Below are positions 26,832 through 35,651 of a stretch of 35,651 bases of DNA, one piece after another. The stretch lies in the NCBI RefSeq assembly GCF_013004595.1, contig NZ_JABEMC010000009.1, forward strand, positions 62,001-97,651, read 5' to 3'. Position 1 is the first letter of the stretch; each line of letters opens with the position of its first letter. Both the position numbers and the translations under genes were made by a program. Source of the DNA: Brevibacterium luteolum (GTDB lineage: Bacteria > Actinomycetota > Actinomycetes > Actinomycetales > Brevibacteriaceae). The notes beneath the pieces are model-generated. The model made no database searches. It was not told where the DNA came from and saw only the letters and a program-made list of their open reading frames with translations.

Positions 26832-29210
26832 TCAGCTGCGCGGCGGGGAGAGCCGGTCGAGCTGCCGGGTGAGCGCCTGCTCGTCTACCAGCGGCGGCAG
26901 GCAGATCGCATCCCGGCAGACGGTCGCTCCTGATTCGGGCACGGATCCGCCGGGACCTTCTGCTGCGATCTCGACGACGGCGACGAGCGGATAGCGGGCA
27001 GCACGCTCAGCGAGCGTGCGGCTGGCGGTCGTGACGTGCACCATCCGGGATTCGAGGAGTTCGGACAGGTACAGCGCCCAGCCACAGCCGCGCGGGGCCT
27101 CCTGGATGAGCGGACGGTAGACGCTCAGCAGCCCGTAGACGATGTCGCTGGCCTCAGCGCCGAGCTCTGCGGCGCTGCGCGGCCGCAGCTTCACACCGGT
27201 CTCGGCCTGGTCGCCGCGCGTGCCGCCCACGGAGTGCTCGCCGTCGTTGAACCGGTCGCCGGAGCGGCCGACGTCACTGTAGCGGCCGCCGCCTGTGCCG
27301 TCCCCAGTGCTGCTGCCACCGCCGTAGCGATCCCCGTCAGCGTCGCGATCGTTGCTGTCACCGGACTCTCCGGCGCCGGGTTCCCGCCAGCCGATGGCCG
27401 GGACGATGAGTTCGGCCAGCAACAGGAACAGCTCCGCTGCTGCGGTGCGGCCTGCCGGGGTGACGTTGTCGACCGGGTCGGAGGTGCTGATGCCGATGAC
27501 CGGGTCAGTGCCGTCAGTGCAGCGCATCGGCTCGCTGTTCGTGTCGATGAAGTGGGAGCGGATGTGCCGGGCTGCAGCGACGGCGATGCCGAGGTTGTCG
27601 CCGACTTCGTGGCGGCGACCGGCATCGAGGAGCTCGAGTGCGATCGCGGCCCGGCCCACACCTGCCCAGTCGGCCAGCCCGCCGGCATTGTCCCCCGGCT
27701 TCCCGGCAGAAGAGCTGCGCGGCAGCCGACCGGCCGGCAGGTCGGCGGTGGCCAGCAGGGCAGCGAACACCTCGCGCGCGGTGTCAGCATAGTCAGGTTC
27801 AGCGAAGACGAGCGAGGCCTCGGCCAGGGCCGTGACGGCGAGCGCGTCCCACTCGGTGACCGTCTTGTCATCGACGTGCGGGAAAGCACGGTCGGCGCGC
27901 ATGTCAAGGAGCAGCTGACGGTCGGCGGCGACTTGTTCGCCTTCCCACGGTGGGGTCTGGTCAGCCTGGCCGTCGGTCAGCCAGTCGAGGATCGCCGGGG
28001 CGGTGACGACGCTGCGGCCTTCAACATTGCCGGCGGCAGTGAAGAGGCTGCCGGTGGGGAAGGCGTCCTGCATGTCGGCAGCGGCGACGGTGTAGTAGGC
28101 GCCTTCGACTGACCGGCCGTGGTCGTCGAGCGAATCGGCGTCGATGGCTGCGGCGAAGGTGCCCTCAGGTGTCAGTGTGGTGCGCAGATAGGCGATGGTC
28201 TCGCGGGCTTCGCGGGCGGCCAGCGCCGCGTACCGGGAGGCTGCCTGCGCACCGGCTCCTCCCCCGCCGGCCAGCCACTGCTCGAGCCGGAACCAGGCGG
28301 TGGTCGCACGGATGTACAGGGCGTTGTCGTAGAGCATCTTCTCGAAGTGCGGCACATGCCACTGGCCGTCGACACTGTAGCGGGCGATGCCGCCTTCGAC
28401 CTGATCGCGCATCCCGCCGGCGGCGATGTGGGACATGGTCGTGCGCACCATGCGCAGCGCCCGCGCCCCACTCCCAGCATCAGCCCCGCTGCCGGAATCG
28501 CCACCGCCGCCAGCGTCTTCAACCCCGACCCGCGCGATGTGGGTGATGAGCTGGATGACCGTCATGAGCGGCGGGAACTTCGGGGCGGGTCCGAATCCGC
28601 CGGTGCGCGCATCGAAGGACCCTTCGAGCATCTCGACGGCGGCGGTGAGCTCCTCGGCGCCGGGCACCTCGGCGGCGGTGCCGGCAGGCAGGCTCGCGGC
28701 GACCTTCTCATGCACCGCGGCCAGCGCATCGGTCAGGTGGGAGGCGATCCCGTCGACGCGCTCGCGCTCGGTCCGCCACGTCTCAGTCACCGCCGAGAGC
28801 ACCTGCCGGAAGGCCGGCTGGCCGGGCCGGGGCCGCGGCGGGAAGTAGGTGCCGGTGAAGAAGGGCCGGCCGTCGTGGTCGACGATGACGGTCATCGGCC
28901 AGCCGCCGGCCCCGCGCATCGCCTGCAGTGCGTCCATATAGTAGGCGTCGACGGTCGGCAGCTCCTCGCGGTCGACCTTGATGCTGACGTAGTCGGCGTT
29001 GAGCTGAGCGGCAGTCTCCGCGTCGGCAAACGATTCGGCGGCCATGACATGGCACCAGTGGCAGGTCGAGTACCCGATCGAGACGAGCACCGGCACATCG
29101 CGGGACCGGGCCTCATCGAAGGCCTCGGCACACCACGGCCACCAGTCGACGGGATTGTCGGCGTGCTGGCGCAGGTACGGACTGCTGGCATCGCGGAGTC
29201 TGTTGGCCAC
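26832..29210 (-). CDS. YyaL/SSP411-like thioredoxin-domain protein
   Basis: [63 protein letters not shown]-terminal [10 protein letters not shown]. Confidence 0.92.
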   Translation of the reverse strand: MANRLRDASSPYLRQHADNPVDWWPWCAEAFDEARSRDVPVLVSIGYSTCHWCHVMAAESFADAETAAQLNADYVSIKVDREELPTVDAYYMDALQAMRGAGGWPMTVIVDHDGRPFFTGTYFPPRPRPGQPAFRQVLSAVTETWRTERERVDGIASHLTDALAAVHEKVAASLPAGTAAEVPGAEELTAAVEMLEGSFDARTGGFGPAPKFPPLMTVIQLITHIARVGVEDAGGGGDSGSGADAGSGARALRMVRTTMSHIAAGGMRDQVEGGIARYSVDGQWHVPHFEKMLYDNALYIRATTAWFRLEQWLAGGGGAGAQAASRYAALAAREARETIAYLRTTLTPEGTFAAAIDADSLDDHGRSVEGAYYTVAAADMQDAFPTGSLFTAAGNVEGRSVVTAPAILDWLTDGQADQTPPWEGEQVAADRQLLLDMRADRAFPHVDDKTVTEWDALAVTALAEASLVFAEPDYADTAREVFAALLATADLPAGRLPRSSSAGKPGDNAGGLADWAGVGRAAIALELLDAGRRHEVGDNLGIAVAAARHIRSHFIDTNSEPMRCTDGTDPVIGISTSDPVDNVTPAGRTAAAELFLLLAELIVPAIGWREPGAGESGDSNDRDADGDRYGGGSSTGDGTGGGRYSDVGRSGDRFNDGEHSVGGTRGDQAETGVKLRPRSAAELGAEASDIVYGLLSVYRPLIQEAPRGCGWALYLSELLESRMVHVTTASRTLAERAARYPLVAVVEIAAEGPGGSVPESGATVCRDAICLPPLVDEQALTRQLDRLSPPRS

Positions 29211-29300
29211 AGCGGGCGTCCTTCCCTTCTCCGGCCGGTCACGGCCGGTCGCCGGGACTGCGGCGTCCCGGAGCTTCAGTGTCTCACGGCGGTCTGCCGC

Positions 29301-30617
29301 TCACCTGACCTCGAAGGTCTCCCGGCGTGCGCCCTCGGCCGGTCCCGAGGCGCCGGGTGCGTCGGTGCCGAACAGCTCGCGGGGGCTGCCCGGGGACATC
29401 CGGATGGTGCCGGCGTTCGGATCGATGGCGACGGTGACGAGAGTGGCGGTGCGCCGCCCGAACGGCGCGTGCGCATCCGCGCTCGTGCACACCGGGGCGT
29501 CGCCGGTGCCGGTGCACATGAGGGCCAGCAGATCGTCGGCACCCGGGTGCGGTCCGCCCTCGGCTGAGGACGTGACGGCGAAGCCGCGCAGCCTCTCGTC
29601 GAGCAGGCTGATGCGCTCCTCGGAGCGGCTCGTCGCCGACAGCGGCAGGGCGCCGTCCTGCTGGTCAGGCGCGATGAAGTGGTTGGTGTGGATGAGGAAT
29701 CCTCCACTGGCCGCGATCCCCCGGTCCCCGCCGCCGGGCCCGTGCGGGAAGCCTCCGGAGTTCGGGGCAGGGGTGCCGGGGCCGATCGGCTCGCCGCCGA
29801 GGGCGACGACCTCGCTGTCGTGGCGCAGCCGGGACGTGCCGTGCGGGCTGATCTCGACCATGACGGCGTCATCGCAGCCGACGACGGTGATGACCGAGGA
29901 CGAGGTGGTGTGGGCGGAGTCGATGATGTCGAGGGCCTCCTCGACGCTGCGCGCCCGGTCGAGTACCCCGGCGAGCAGCGCGTGGACGGGCACCCCGCCG
30001 GCTGCGTCGTCGCGGTTCTTGAGGATGTTGAGCATCACCCCGACGCCGGCGGAGTTGAGCCCGATCTTGCCGAGCATCCCGTACTCGGCGAATCCCGCAT
30101 GCGACAGGCCCGGTTCCCCGCATGGGCTGACCTGCTGGTAGTGCCAGTATTCGGCGAACTCGGCGTGCCAGTCCCAGGTCTGCACACCGACGGTGCGGCC
30201 GGGTGCGGCGTAGGCGATCGTCGAGCACTCCGGGGTCGGTTCGACGGCCAGGGTGAGGATCTCGGTGCGGGCGGCGACCAGGCCCACATGCCACAGCTCC
30301 AGCGGCTGACCGTCGAACGTCGCGCCGGCCGCGGCGGCGCCGGCGGCCACCCCGCGCAGCTCCTCGACCTGACGGGGATCCCACGCTTCGAGCGCGGTGA
30401 GCGAGGCTTCGGCGGCATCGCGCTGGGACTGGGGCGGGATCTGCCCTGCGGTGAAGAGGGCCGAATACCCGGCCGCGGCGCGGGCGATGTCCCCGGCGGC
30501 GGCCTGCCCGCGCGCATAGCCCCGGTCCCGAGGCGTGTCTCCGGTGATCATGAGCGTGGCAGGCTCGACGTCGCCGGGTGGAGTCAGGGGTTCGGTGAAG
30601 GGCTGGGAGGCGTCCAT
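29301..30617 (-). CDS. C45 family autoproteolytic Ntn hydrolase/acyltransferase
   Basis: ARTEIL, E-CST (Cys nucleophile), QTWDWH, GMLGKIGLNSAGVGVMLNIL, HTNHF. Confidence 0.85.
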   Translation of the reverse strand: MDASQPFTEPLTPPGDVEPATLMITGDTPRDRGYARGQAAAGDIARAAAGYSALFTAGQIPPQSQRDAAEASLTALEAWDPRQVEELRGVAAGAAAAGATFDGQPLELWHVGLVAARTEILTLAVEPTPECSTIAYAAPGRTVGVQTWDWHAEFAEYWHYQQVSPCGEPGLSHAGFAEYGMLGKIGLNSAGVGVMLNILKNRDDAAGGVPVHALLAGVLDRARSVEEALDIIDSAHTTSSSVITVVGCDDAVMVEISPHGTSRLRHDSEVVALGGEPIGPGTPAPNSGGFPHGPGGGDRGIAASGGFLIHTNHFIAPDQQDGALPLSATSRSEERISLLDERLRGFAVTSSAEGGPHPGADDLLALMCTGTGDAPVCTSADAHAPFGRRTATLVTVAIDPNAGTIRMSPGSPRELFGTDAPGASGPAEGARRETFEVR

Positions 30618-30725
30618 AGGCTCATGGTTCCAGCGGGCGTCGAGCCTGGTCAAGGGTGCGTCTCAGCTGCAGTGCGGCGGCCCCTCGGGCCGCCATGCGC
30701 CCGCAGCCGTGTCCGCGCGGCCGAT

Positions 30726-31313
30726 TCAGGAGCGGGTGATGACGAGCTGGCGGGCGCGCTGTCCGCTGGTGTCGTCGAAGCGGGCGGAGACGGTCCAGTC
30801 GCCGGCTGCGGTGTCGTGGTCATCGGAGTCGGCATGCGCATTGGCCCATTCGCGGATCGCGTCCCAGTCCATGCCGGCGTACCGGCCGGGTTCGACTGCC
30901 TGGCCGAGTTCGCGCAGCAGGGTGTCGTAGTGCGGGTGCAGGGCGGTCTGCGATCCGGTCTCGCGCACCTCGGCCTCCAGCTCGTCCTCACTCAGGCTCA
31001 CCGTGTAGTCGACACCGGCTTCGGTGCGCGTGCACGTCTCGCTGCTGCAGGTGTATCCGGCTGCGCTGAGTCCGGAGACCGACTGGGTGACATCGACCGC
31101 CTCGGCATCGTCACCCGCACCTGCATCGTCACCCGCATCGGCAGCACTCGTCTGTCCGGCGGTCCCTGCCGACTGCCCGGTATGCCCGGGCTGCCCGGTC
31201 GTCCCGCCGTCCCCGCAGGCAGCCAGCCCGGTCAGGCTCAGCACCCCGATCACAGCGGCTGTCATCTTCCAGGCGGCAGGTGCGGGCAGGCGGCGGAAGT
31301 CGATGCGTCGCAT
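30726..31313 (-). CDS. Hypothetical lipoprotein
   Basis: Basic N-terminus, hydrophobic stretch, lipobox LAAC, Gly/Ala/Asp linker, then a small domain with CSSETC. Confidence 0.65.
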   Translation of the reverse strand: MRRIDFRRLPAPAAWKMTAAVIGVLSLTGLAACGDGGTTGQPGHTGQSAGTAGQTSAADAGDDAGAGDDAEAVDVTQSVSGLSAAGYTCSSETCTRTEAGVDYTVSLSEDELEAEVRETGSQTALHPHYDTLLRELGQAVEPGRYAGMDWDAIREWANAHADSDDHDTAAGDWTVSARFDDTSGQRARQLVITRS

Positions 31314-31450
31314 TCGGCCAGTCTGGCGTCGGCCCCCTGCCGGGTTGCGGCCAGCGCGCGTCCATCTCCCCTCGCTACACTCGATGCCGAAGCCCTCCCG
31401 GCAGCCACCCGCCCCCACCCTCCCGGCACGAAAGGACAGGTGCCCAGACC

Positions 31451-32389
31451 ATGGCCCCACTGCCTCGGCGGCGGTTCCTGACCGCAGCCGGACTCACCGC
31501 CTCGGCGGCGGCTGGGGCTCTGCTGTCCGGGTGCGGGCTCACCGAGCCGATCATCCGGGCTCCGCAGGAGGAGAAGCCGGAGCCGGGCACGCTGGTGCGG
31601 GTGGGTTCGCAGTCGTACTACTCGAACATCGTCATCGCCGAGATCTTCGCCCAGGTGCTCGAAGGTGCCGGCGCCGAGGTGGAGCGGAAGTTCGAGCTGG
31701 GTCAGCGGGAGGACTACCTGCCGCAGTTCATGGCCGGGGGGCTCGAGGTGTTCCCGGAGTACGGCGGGCATCTGCTGCAGTACTTCAAGCCCGATATCCG
31801 CGAGGTCGACACCGCCCAGATCCAGCTGGCGCTGCAGTCGGCGCTGCCGACGAACATGCGTGTGCTCGCCCCCGCCGAGGCGGCTGACCATGAGTGCTTC
31901 GTCATCCGCCGCAACTACGGGCAGGAGCACCGGCTCGTCGACATCGGCGAGCTGCGCGGGGTCGATGAGCCGGTGGCAATCGCGGCGGGAGCACATGTGC
32001 GCCACCGCCCGTACGGTCCGCGCGGGCTGGAGGACGCCTACGGGGTCACGGCCGAGTACATCGACACGATCCCCGGTGACACGCTGGCCGCCCGCGATAT
32101 GCTCACCGCCGGCGAGGTGCCGGTCGCGCTCATCCCGGCCGCCGATCCTGCGCTTGAGAGCGACGAGCTGCAGGTGCTGGGCGATCCGCGCAAACTCGTC
32201 CTCGCCCAGCTCGTCACCCCGCTGGTGGTGCCGAGTCTGCACCCGTTCTTCACCGAGGCGCTGGCCCGAGCGGCGCTGCGCCTCGACATCGCCGAGCTCC
32301 AGCAGCTCAATCGGCGCAGCCACTACGGCACCCGCAAGGCTGCGCCGATCGCCCGCGACTGGCTAGCCGAGAAAGACCTGGCCTCATGA
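31451..32389 (+). CDS. Glycine-betaine/osmoprotectant ABC substrate-binding lipoprotein (OsmF-like), Tat-type signal
   Basis: PRRRFL twin-arginine signal, LSGC lipobox, VRVGSQ, PEYGGHLLQY, RPYGPRGLEDAYGV, LGDPRKL. AAAGGA upstream. Confidence 0.82.
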   Translation: MAPLPRRRFLTAAGLTASAAAGALLSGCGLTEPIIRAPQEEKPEPGTLVRVGSQSYYSNIVIAEIFAQVLEGAGAEVERKFELGQREDYLPQFMAGGLEVFPEYGGHLLQYFKPDIREVDTAQIQLALQSALPTNMRVLAPAEAADHECFVIRRNYGQEHRLVDIGELRGVDEPVAIAAGAHVRHRPYGPRGLEDAYGVTAEYIDTIPGDTLAARDMLTAGEVPVALIPAADPALESDELQVLGDPRKLVLAQLVTPLVVPSLHPFFTEALARAALRLDIAELQQLNRRSHYGTRKAAPIARDWLAEKDLAS

Positions 32390-32961
32390 GACCTGCCCGC
32401 CGCGAAGTGCTCACGCTGCCCAACGTCATCTCGGTCATCCGGCTGGTGGTGCTCGTACCGATCGTCATCTGGCTCATGCGCGAACCCGACGACCGGATCC
32501 TCGCGACGATCGCGCTGGCGATGTTCGGGGCAACGGACTGGATCGACGGATTCATCGCCCGCCGCTGGAACATGGCCTCCCGCGTCGGCGCGGTCCTCGA
32601 CCCGGTCGCCGACCGCCTGGGCATCGCGTTCATCTGCGCGGCGATGACGCTCTTCGGGATCCTGCCGGTGTGGATGCTGCTCGTCATCGTGCTCACGGAC
32701 TTCGGCCTCGGCATCGTCGGCGCGACCCGCATGCACGCCACGCAGGACTCGCACGTCACCTGGCTGGGCAAGATCCGCACCGCGCTCATCATGACCGGGC
32801 TGCCGCTGCTGCTGCTCGGCAGCGCCCCGACGCTGGCCGCCACCCCGATCGAGACGATCGCGCTCGGGCTGCTGAGCACCGGCGTCATCCTCCACCTCGC
32901 CGCCGGCATCCACTACGCACTCATGCTCATCCGGATCGGTCGGCAGCGTCCCGCGGTCTGA
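32386..32961 (+). CDS. CDP-alcohol phosphatidyltransferase (PgsA-like)
   Basis: TLPNVISVIR and the family signature DWIDGFIARRWNMASRVGAVLDPVAD. ATGA overlap with the upstream gene. Confidence 0.9.
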   Translation: MRPARREVLTLPNVISVIRLVVLVPIVIWLMREPDDRILATIALAMFGATDWIDGFIARRWNMASRVGAVLDPVADRLGIAFICAAMTLFGILPVWMLLVIVLTDFGLGIVGATRMHATQDSHVTWLGKIRTALIMTGLPLLLLGSAPTLAATPIETIALGLLSTGVILHLAAGIHYALMLIRIGRQRPAV

Positions 32962-33027
32962 GTTCCGGGCCCGAGGCGGTGGGCACCGCTCCCGAGGCGG
33001 TTGCCGGGTACGTGTCCTGACAGCAGA

Positions 33028-33057
33028 ACGCGGCCGCACCGGTCGGTGCGGCCGCGT
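33028..33057. terminator. Hairpin between convergent genes
   Basis: ACGCGGCCGCACCG-GT-CGGTGCGGCCGCGT, a perfect 14-bp stem. Confidence 0.65.
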
Positions 33058-33129
33058 CCCTGCCTGCCGTGGCCGAGGTGGTGGCTCAGGCTGGCGTCTG
33101 CCTGGTCATCAGGTCAGGTTCGCTGATCA

Positions 33130-35530
33130 TCAGGTCAGGTTCGTCCTGCGCCGGGCGAGGACGAAGACTCCGGCGCCGAGTGCGACGAGTCCGCCGCCAG
33201 CGGCGAGCGCCCAGGTGATGTCGCTGCCGGTGCGCGGCAGCTCACGGCCGTCGGAGTCGCGGTTGCGGTCCTCGCGCGTGCCGTCACCCTCCCGGTCACC
33301 GCCGCCCTGGCCGTCATCGTCGCGGCCGTCATCGTCCCGGCCGTCGTCTGATCCGTCGTCATCGCCATCATCTGCTGCGACGACGGTGAACCGGCCGGTC
33401 AGATCGTCTCCGCCTGCGCAGCGGACGGTGACGTCGTAGCTGCCGACGTAGGCCTCCGGGGCCTCGGCGTTCTCGCCGTAGACGGTGAACGCTGCCGCGC
33501 CGGTCTCGTCGGCGGTCGCCGTGTCGGTGAACGCGGTGACGCCCGAGCCCTCCGGTTCGACGGTGACGGTTGCGGTGCTGCCCGGTGTGCAGCCGCGGGC
33601 GACGATCTCGACGGCACCGTCGGTGACGAAGTCGGCGGCGGTGATCGTCTCAGGGGTGACGGTCAGTTCGCGCACGCTGTCAGTCGGGTCCTCGGTCGGG
33701 TCGGTGGGATCTTCGCTCGGGTCACTCGGGTCATCCGAGGGGCCCGTCGGGTCGTCCGTCGGCTTCTCGGTGGGGTCGTCCGTCGGCTCACCGGTGGGAT
33801 CGTCCGTCGGCTCACCGGTGGGATCGTCCGTCGGCTTCTCGGTCGGATCGTCGCCGGCGGCCACGGTGATCGTGCGGGTGGCTGTGGCCTCATTGCCCGA
33901 GGAGTCGGTGACCGTGTAGGTCAGCTCGTAGTCGCCCGGGGTCGAGGTGTCGACGTCACCGGTGACGGTGATGTCGCCGGCGGTGACGTCGCTGCAGGCG
34001 TCGGAGACTTCGACACCGGCCATCGGATCGAAGTCGGCGCCGAGGCGGACGGTCGTGTCGCCCGGGTGGGTGATCGTCGGAGCTGACTTGTCCTTGACGA
34101 GTTCGACCTTGTCGACCTGGTCGCCGGTGTGCGTCATCGTCGTCGAGGTGATCGAGCATTCCTTGACGTCGACGTTGGTGAACTGCGGGGTGTAGTTCTG
34201 GCTGTTCGTGTACTTCCACGGCACCAGTCCGTCCGGCACGAGCTCGTAGTACTTCGACCCGGAGGAGGAGTTCGCGGTGATATAGATGACCTGGCCGTCC
34301 TTCGGATAGACGACGTCGTGGCCGTCGTCCGGGTTGGTGTCCGGGGTAGCCGCGTAGCCGGCACCCTCAGCACCTGCCCCGTCGCCTTCGGGCAGCACCG
34401 GTGTGGTGCCGTCCATGAGGTGGGTGCGGGTGTAGCTGTGGTCGTGTCCGGCGAGCACGAGGTCGATGTCGAGGTCCTTGACGATTGGGGCGATGCCCTC
34501 GCGCAGACCCTTGGTCGTCAGCGACTGCGAGTGGGTTGCACCGGAGGAGAAGATCGAGCGGTGGAACGTCAGCACCGTCCAGTGGGTGTCGTGGGACTGC
34601 TCGGCGATGATCTGCTCGAGGTAGGCGCGGTAGTCGTCGTAGCGGCCGCGGTCCTCGGTGCTGATGTTGAGGTGCAGGACGCCGTTGTACTTGAACCAGT
34701 AGGTGCCCTTGCTCGGGTCGCCGTCCCACATGTTCGGCTGGTGGAAGTGCTGGCCGTAGAGTTCCTGGATCTTCGTGCGGTTGTAGTCGTGGTTGCCCAG
34801 GGTCTGTGCTGAGGCCTGGGTGCGCATCTGCTTCGGATCCAGGTAGGCGCGGTATTCGCCTGCGTCACCGGCGTAGGTCTGCACCTGGTCGCCAGCGGAG
34901 TACATGAACTGGGCGTTCGGGTACATCTCGTTGGCGGCATCGAGGGTGGCCTGCCAGCCGGCGCGGTCCTTCTCGACGTTGCCCGAGGCGCCGATCTGGG
35001 CGTCGCCCATGAACGTGAACTCGTGTTCAAGCGTGTCCTCGTAGACGCGGAACTGCTCGATGTCGGTCCAGCCGCCGGCCTCGGAGCCCACCCGGTAGGA
35101 GTAGGTGCCCGGCTTGAGCCCGGTCAGGGTGGCGTGGACGTACTCCTCACCGGCGACTGCGCTGGTGCCGCGGGTGACCGGGGCGACGGTCTGCGCGTCG
35201 GCGGGCATCTCGGTGTGCTCACCCGGCGCGAACTGCACGGACTCATCGACACCGGAGGTGGTGAACCAGGAGATGTAGCGTTCGCTGGGGTCGGAGCCGA
35301 TGCCCAGCAGCAGCGAGTGGTGCACCGGCTTCTCCTCCGGTGCGCTCAGGCTCAGGTCGGCGACGTCGAGGTAGATGTCGGAGCTGGTGGCCCGGCCCTG
35401 GTGGAGCTGGACGGCGATGGTGTTCTCACCGGCGGTGAGCACATCGGCGTCGACGTCGATGCGGCCGGTCTTCGGCGCCGAGGAGTTCGAGCCGCCGTAG
35501 ACGAGGTTGCGCCCCTCGCCGTCGGCTAGG
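33130..35530 (-). pseudogene. Sortase-anchored purple-acid-phosphatase-like metallophosphoesterase (FN3, Ig-like domain, PTDD linker, LPxTG), interrupted by an IS
   Basis: GDAQ, AGDQV, GNHD, FH and GHDH metallophosphoesterase motifs; YTVTDSSGN Ig-like domain; LPRTG, TM and RRR tail. The frame stays open and protein-like (LADGEGRNLVYGGSNSSAPK...) up to the CTAG at 35526-35529, with no signal peptide inside the window. Confidence 0.85.
33690..33850 (-). repeat. Coding tandem repeats (24-bp units; PTDDPTGE/PTDDPTEK linker)
   Basis: Repeated GTCCGTCGGCT...GTGGG units translate to DDPTEKPTDDPTGEPTDDPTGEPT. Confidence 0.85.
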
Positions 35531-35651
35531 TGTAGTTCCCCGTGAGGTTGTGAACGCGGTCGGCTGGGGTGAGGCCTCCGATAGCGGTGTGGGCTCGATG
35601 CTGATTGTAGTCGTGGAGGAACGTCTCGTAGGCGGCTTCCCGCTCGGCTTC
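35526..35651 (-). CDS. IS481-family transposase, C-terminal 41 aa
   Basis: Manual translation EAEREAAYETFLHDYNQHRAHTAIGGLTPADRVHNLTGNYT*, carrying the 'YN..R.H..IGG..P..R..NL' integrase-core tail. The stop TAG comes from the target site. Confidence 0.88.
   Translation of the reverse strand, partial: EAEREAAYETFLHDYNQHRAHTAIGGLTPADRVHNLTGNYT
35531..35651 (-). mobile_element. IS481-family insertion sequence, right end (continues beyond the window)
   Basis: Terminal TGTAGTTCCCC adjacent to an NCTAGN target (GCTAGG, 35525-35530). The transposase runs through the terminus. Confidence 0.88.

Noticed and set aside
29301..30617. Penicillin biosynthesis (isopenicillin-N acyltransferase)
   Set aside because: The C45 family is widespread, and there are no ACV synthetase or IPNS genes nearby.
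35440..35442. GTG 35442 as the true start of the phosphoesterase
   Set aside because: There is no RBS or signal peptide, and the coding frame continues upstream to the IS junction.
1..35651. tRNA, rRNA or known riboswitch
   Set aside because: No cloverleaf, rRNA-like or recognisable riboswitch consensus was seen by eye. An Infernal/Rfam scan would be needed to exclude them formally.

Overview
GC-rich actinobacterial chromosome segment. Micrococcales, Brevibacterium-like, is my inference from gene content, a sortase LPxTG protein and many leaderless promoters. About 30 genes, mostly housekeeping or metabolic: partial GltS-type symporter; a TetR-linked kinase/histidine-phosphatase/SDR cluster beside a succinate/acetate CoA-transferase; TM2 protein; rhodanese; pgm; two MFS transporters; FAD monooxygenase; CopC; LMW-PTP; DinB; M13 and M18 peptidases; NTF2-like protein; DUF1684 fusion; methyltransferase; DUF559-type endonuclease; an AraC plus three-VOC cluster (one copy frameshifted); YyaL; C45 hydrolase; two lipoproteins; CDP-alcohol phosphotransferase; and a cell-wall-anchored metallophosphoesterase interrupted at the right edge by an IS481-family element. 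The most notable signals are non-coding: (1) a doublet of 42-bp palindromes directly upstream of the DUF559 nuclease gene, resembling a REP/RAYT arrangement with a different enzyme; (2) a ~16-bp mini-hairpin motif (ACCGCCTCGGG[A/C][G/A]CGG) dispersed through many intergenic gaps and some coding loops; (3) a candidate bidirectional leaderless promoter in a 20-bp gap; (4) a leaderless uORF coupled to the monooxygenase. No rRNA, tRNA or CRISPR array was recognised. All product calls come from motif recognition by eye, not database searches.
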